Assembly: GCA_013265495.1 (NCBI GenBank)
Contig: MU058217.1
Span: forward strand, 186,001 to 250,000
Direction of reading: 5' to 3'
Source of the DNA: Vicugna vicugna
Lineage: Eukaryota
Length of the DNA stretch: 64,000 nucleotides
Positions within the stretch are counted from its first letter, which is position 1. Each line of letters starts with the position of its first letter. A model generated the notes under the pieces. That model ran no database searches. It was not told the origin of the DNA and worked only from the letters and a program-made list of their open reading frames with translations. This document shows, piece after piece, positions 63,216 to 64,000 of this stretch. The position numbers and the translations under genes are program-made.

Positions 63216-64000
63216 CTGCTGGTGGCTGTATTGAGTCCACCCCATTCCCACGGAGGGGAGTGGAACCACTGCAGCTACATGCCTCCCCCTCCCAGCTGCC
63301 CATCTGTGCAGCTATGGAGGTGTGGAGGGCTCCAAGCAGTTTTGTAGTGTCATCTTCGTGGTCTGGGGATTGAATCCTGGTCTGGCTGAACCATTTGGGG
63401 GAGACTCAGTAGTGAGACAGGAAGGAAAGAAAGTGTTGGTGCCTCATCTTCGCAAGTTCCCCCCACCCTTGCGGGGAAGTGAGAATGGAAGGGTTGCCGT
63501 CAGGGCAGCGGCTGGGCCAGCTCCTGGTGGCTGCCCCCTCTCGTTGGTGGCTGTGTCATCCGCTGGTGCTGGGGGCCAGCACGGGTCCAGCTGGCTCACA
63601 GCTGGATGCAGAGCGGGAGGAGACGGTGGGTCCAGAGGCCAAAAGACTGTCAGGGATGTGCACGTGCATCAGAGGCCGGCCTTGACTCTGCTCCAGACAG
63701 GAAGCGCCTTCGCGCTGGGCTCTCTTGCTGTTCCCTGGTGGTTAGCACCGCTGAGAACAGAGCTCCAAGTTGTGGTCAGAGACGTGAGCTGCCAAACGGA
63801 TTTTGTCCCCAGACAGCCCAAGTGTGACATCCTCCCCTGTCATTCTCTGCCCCCGGGCCACCGTGGCCCGGAGGTGAGCAAAGCTGGACAGGAGGAATCA
63901 AAACCTGCCTGATGGAGGCACTCAGAGCAGAGGAGGTGAGGTGGCGGCCGACAGGCCCACTCCGCACCGGGGCTGGCGCTTCTTGAGAAGTTGTTGGGTC

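Larger units (their letters stand above)
12603..64000 (+). other. GAS7: GAS7 intron 1 (5' part, continues past the window)
   Basis: Starts at canonical donor gtaaga; no GAS7 exon-2 peptide seen in the ORF track; repeat-rich intronic composition. Confidence 0.8.

Noticed and set aside
63322..63912. 196-aa + strand ORF at the window end
   Set aside because: GTG start, no domain, no match to GAS7 sequence as recalled.
1..64000. CRISPR arrays, operons, rRNA, NUMTs or processed pseudogenes
   Set aside because: None recognised; the window is eukaryotic intergenic and intronic DNA, and the recurring sequences are dispersed SINE/L1 copies rather than regularly spaced repeats.

Overview
Mammalian genomic DNA, very probably camelid: it carries 11 copies of a tRNA-Ala(AGC)-derived SINE of the vic-1 type, plus cetartiodactyl-type L1 3' ends and a Tigger1 deletion derivative. 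The only protein-coding sequence I can support is the first coding exon of GAS7 on the + strand (12420-12602, SH3 domain, MSGARCRTLYPF...FPASYVQLLE, donor GAG|gtaaga), inside a CpG island at about 11770-13150. Bases 1-11.7 kb are repeat-rich upstream sequence; 12603-64000 is the start of the long first intron, and I found no exon 2 (KPGMVPPPPGEE.../WW domain) in the window. The rest is interspersed repeats (L1, L2, MIR, MaLR/ERV LTRs, hAT and Tc1/mariner relics) and simple repeats. Almost all ORFs in the six-frame track are spurious or repeat-derived. I see no convincing new biological system. The best leads are a 5-codon uORF just upstream of the GAS7 start, two candidate recursive-splice motifs in intron 1, a ~120-bp inverted repeat, a mariner transposase-motif fossil and the structure of the SINE family. 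Repeat family names come from recalled consensus sequences and most boundaries are approximate.
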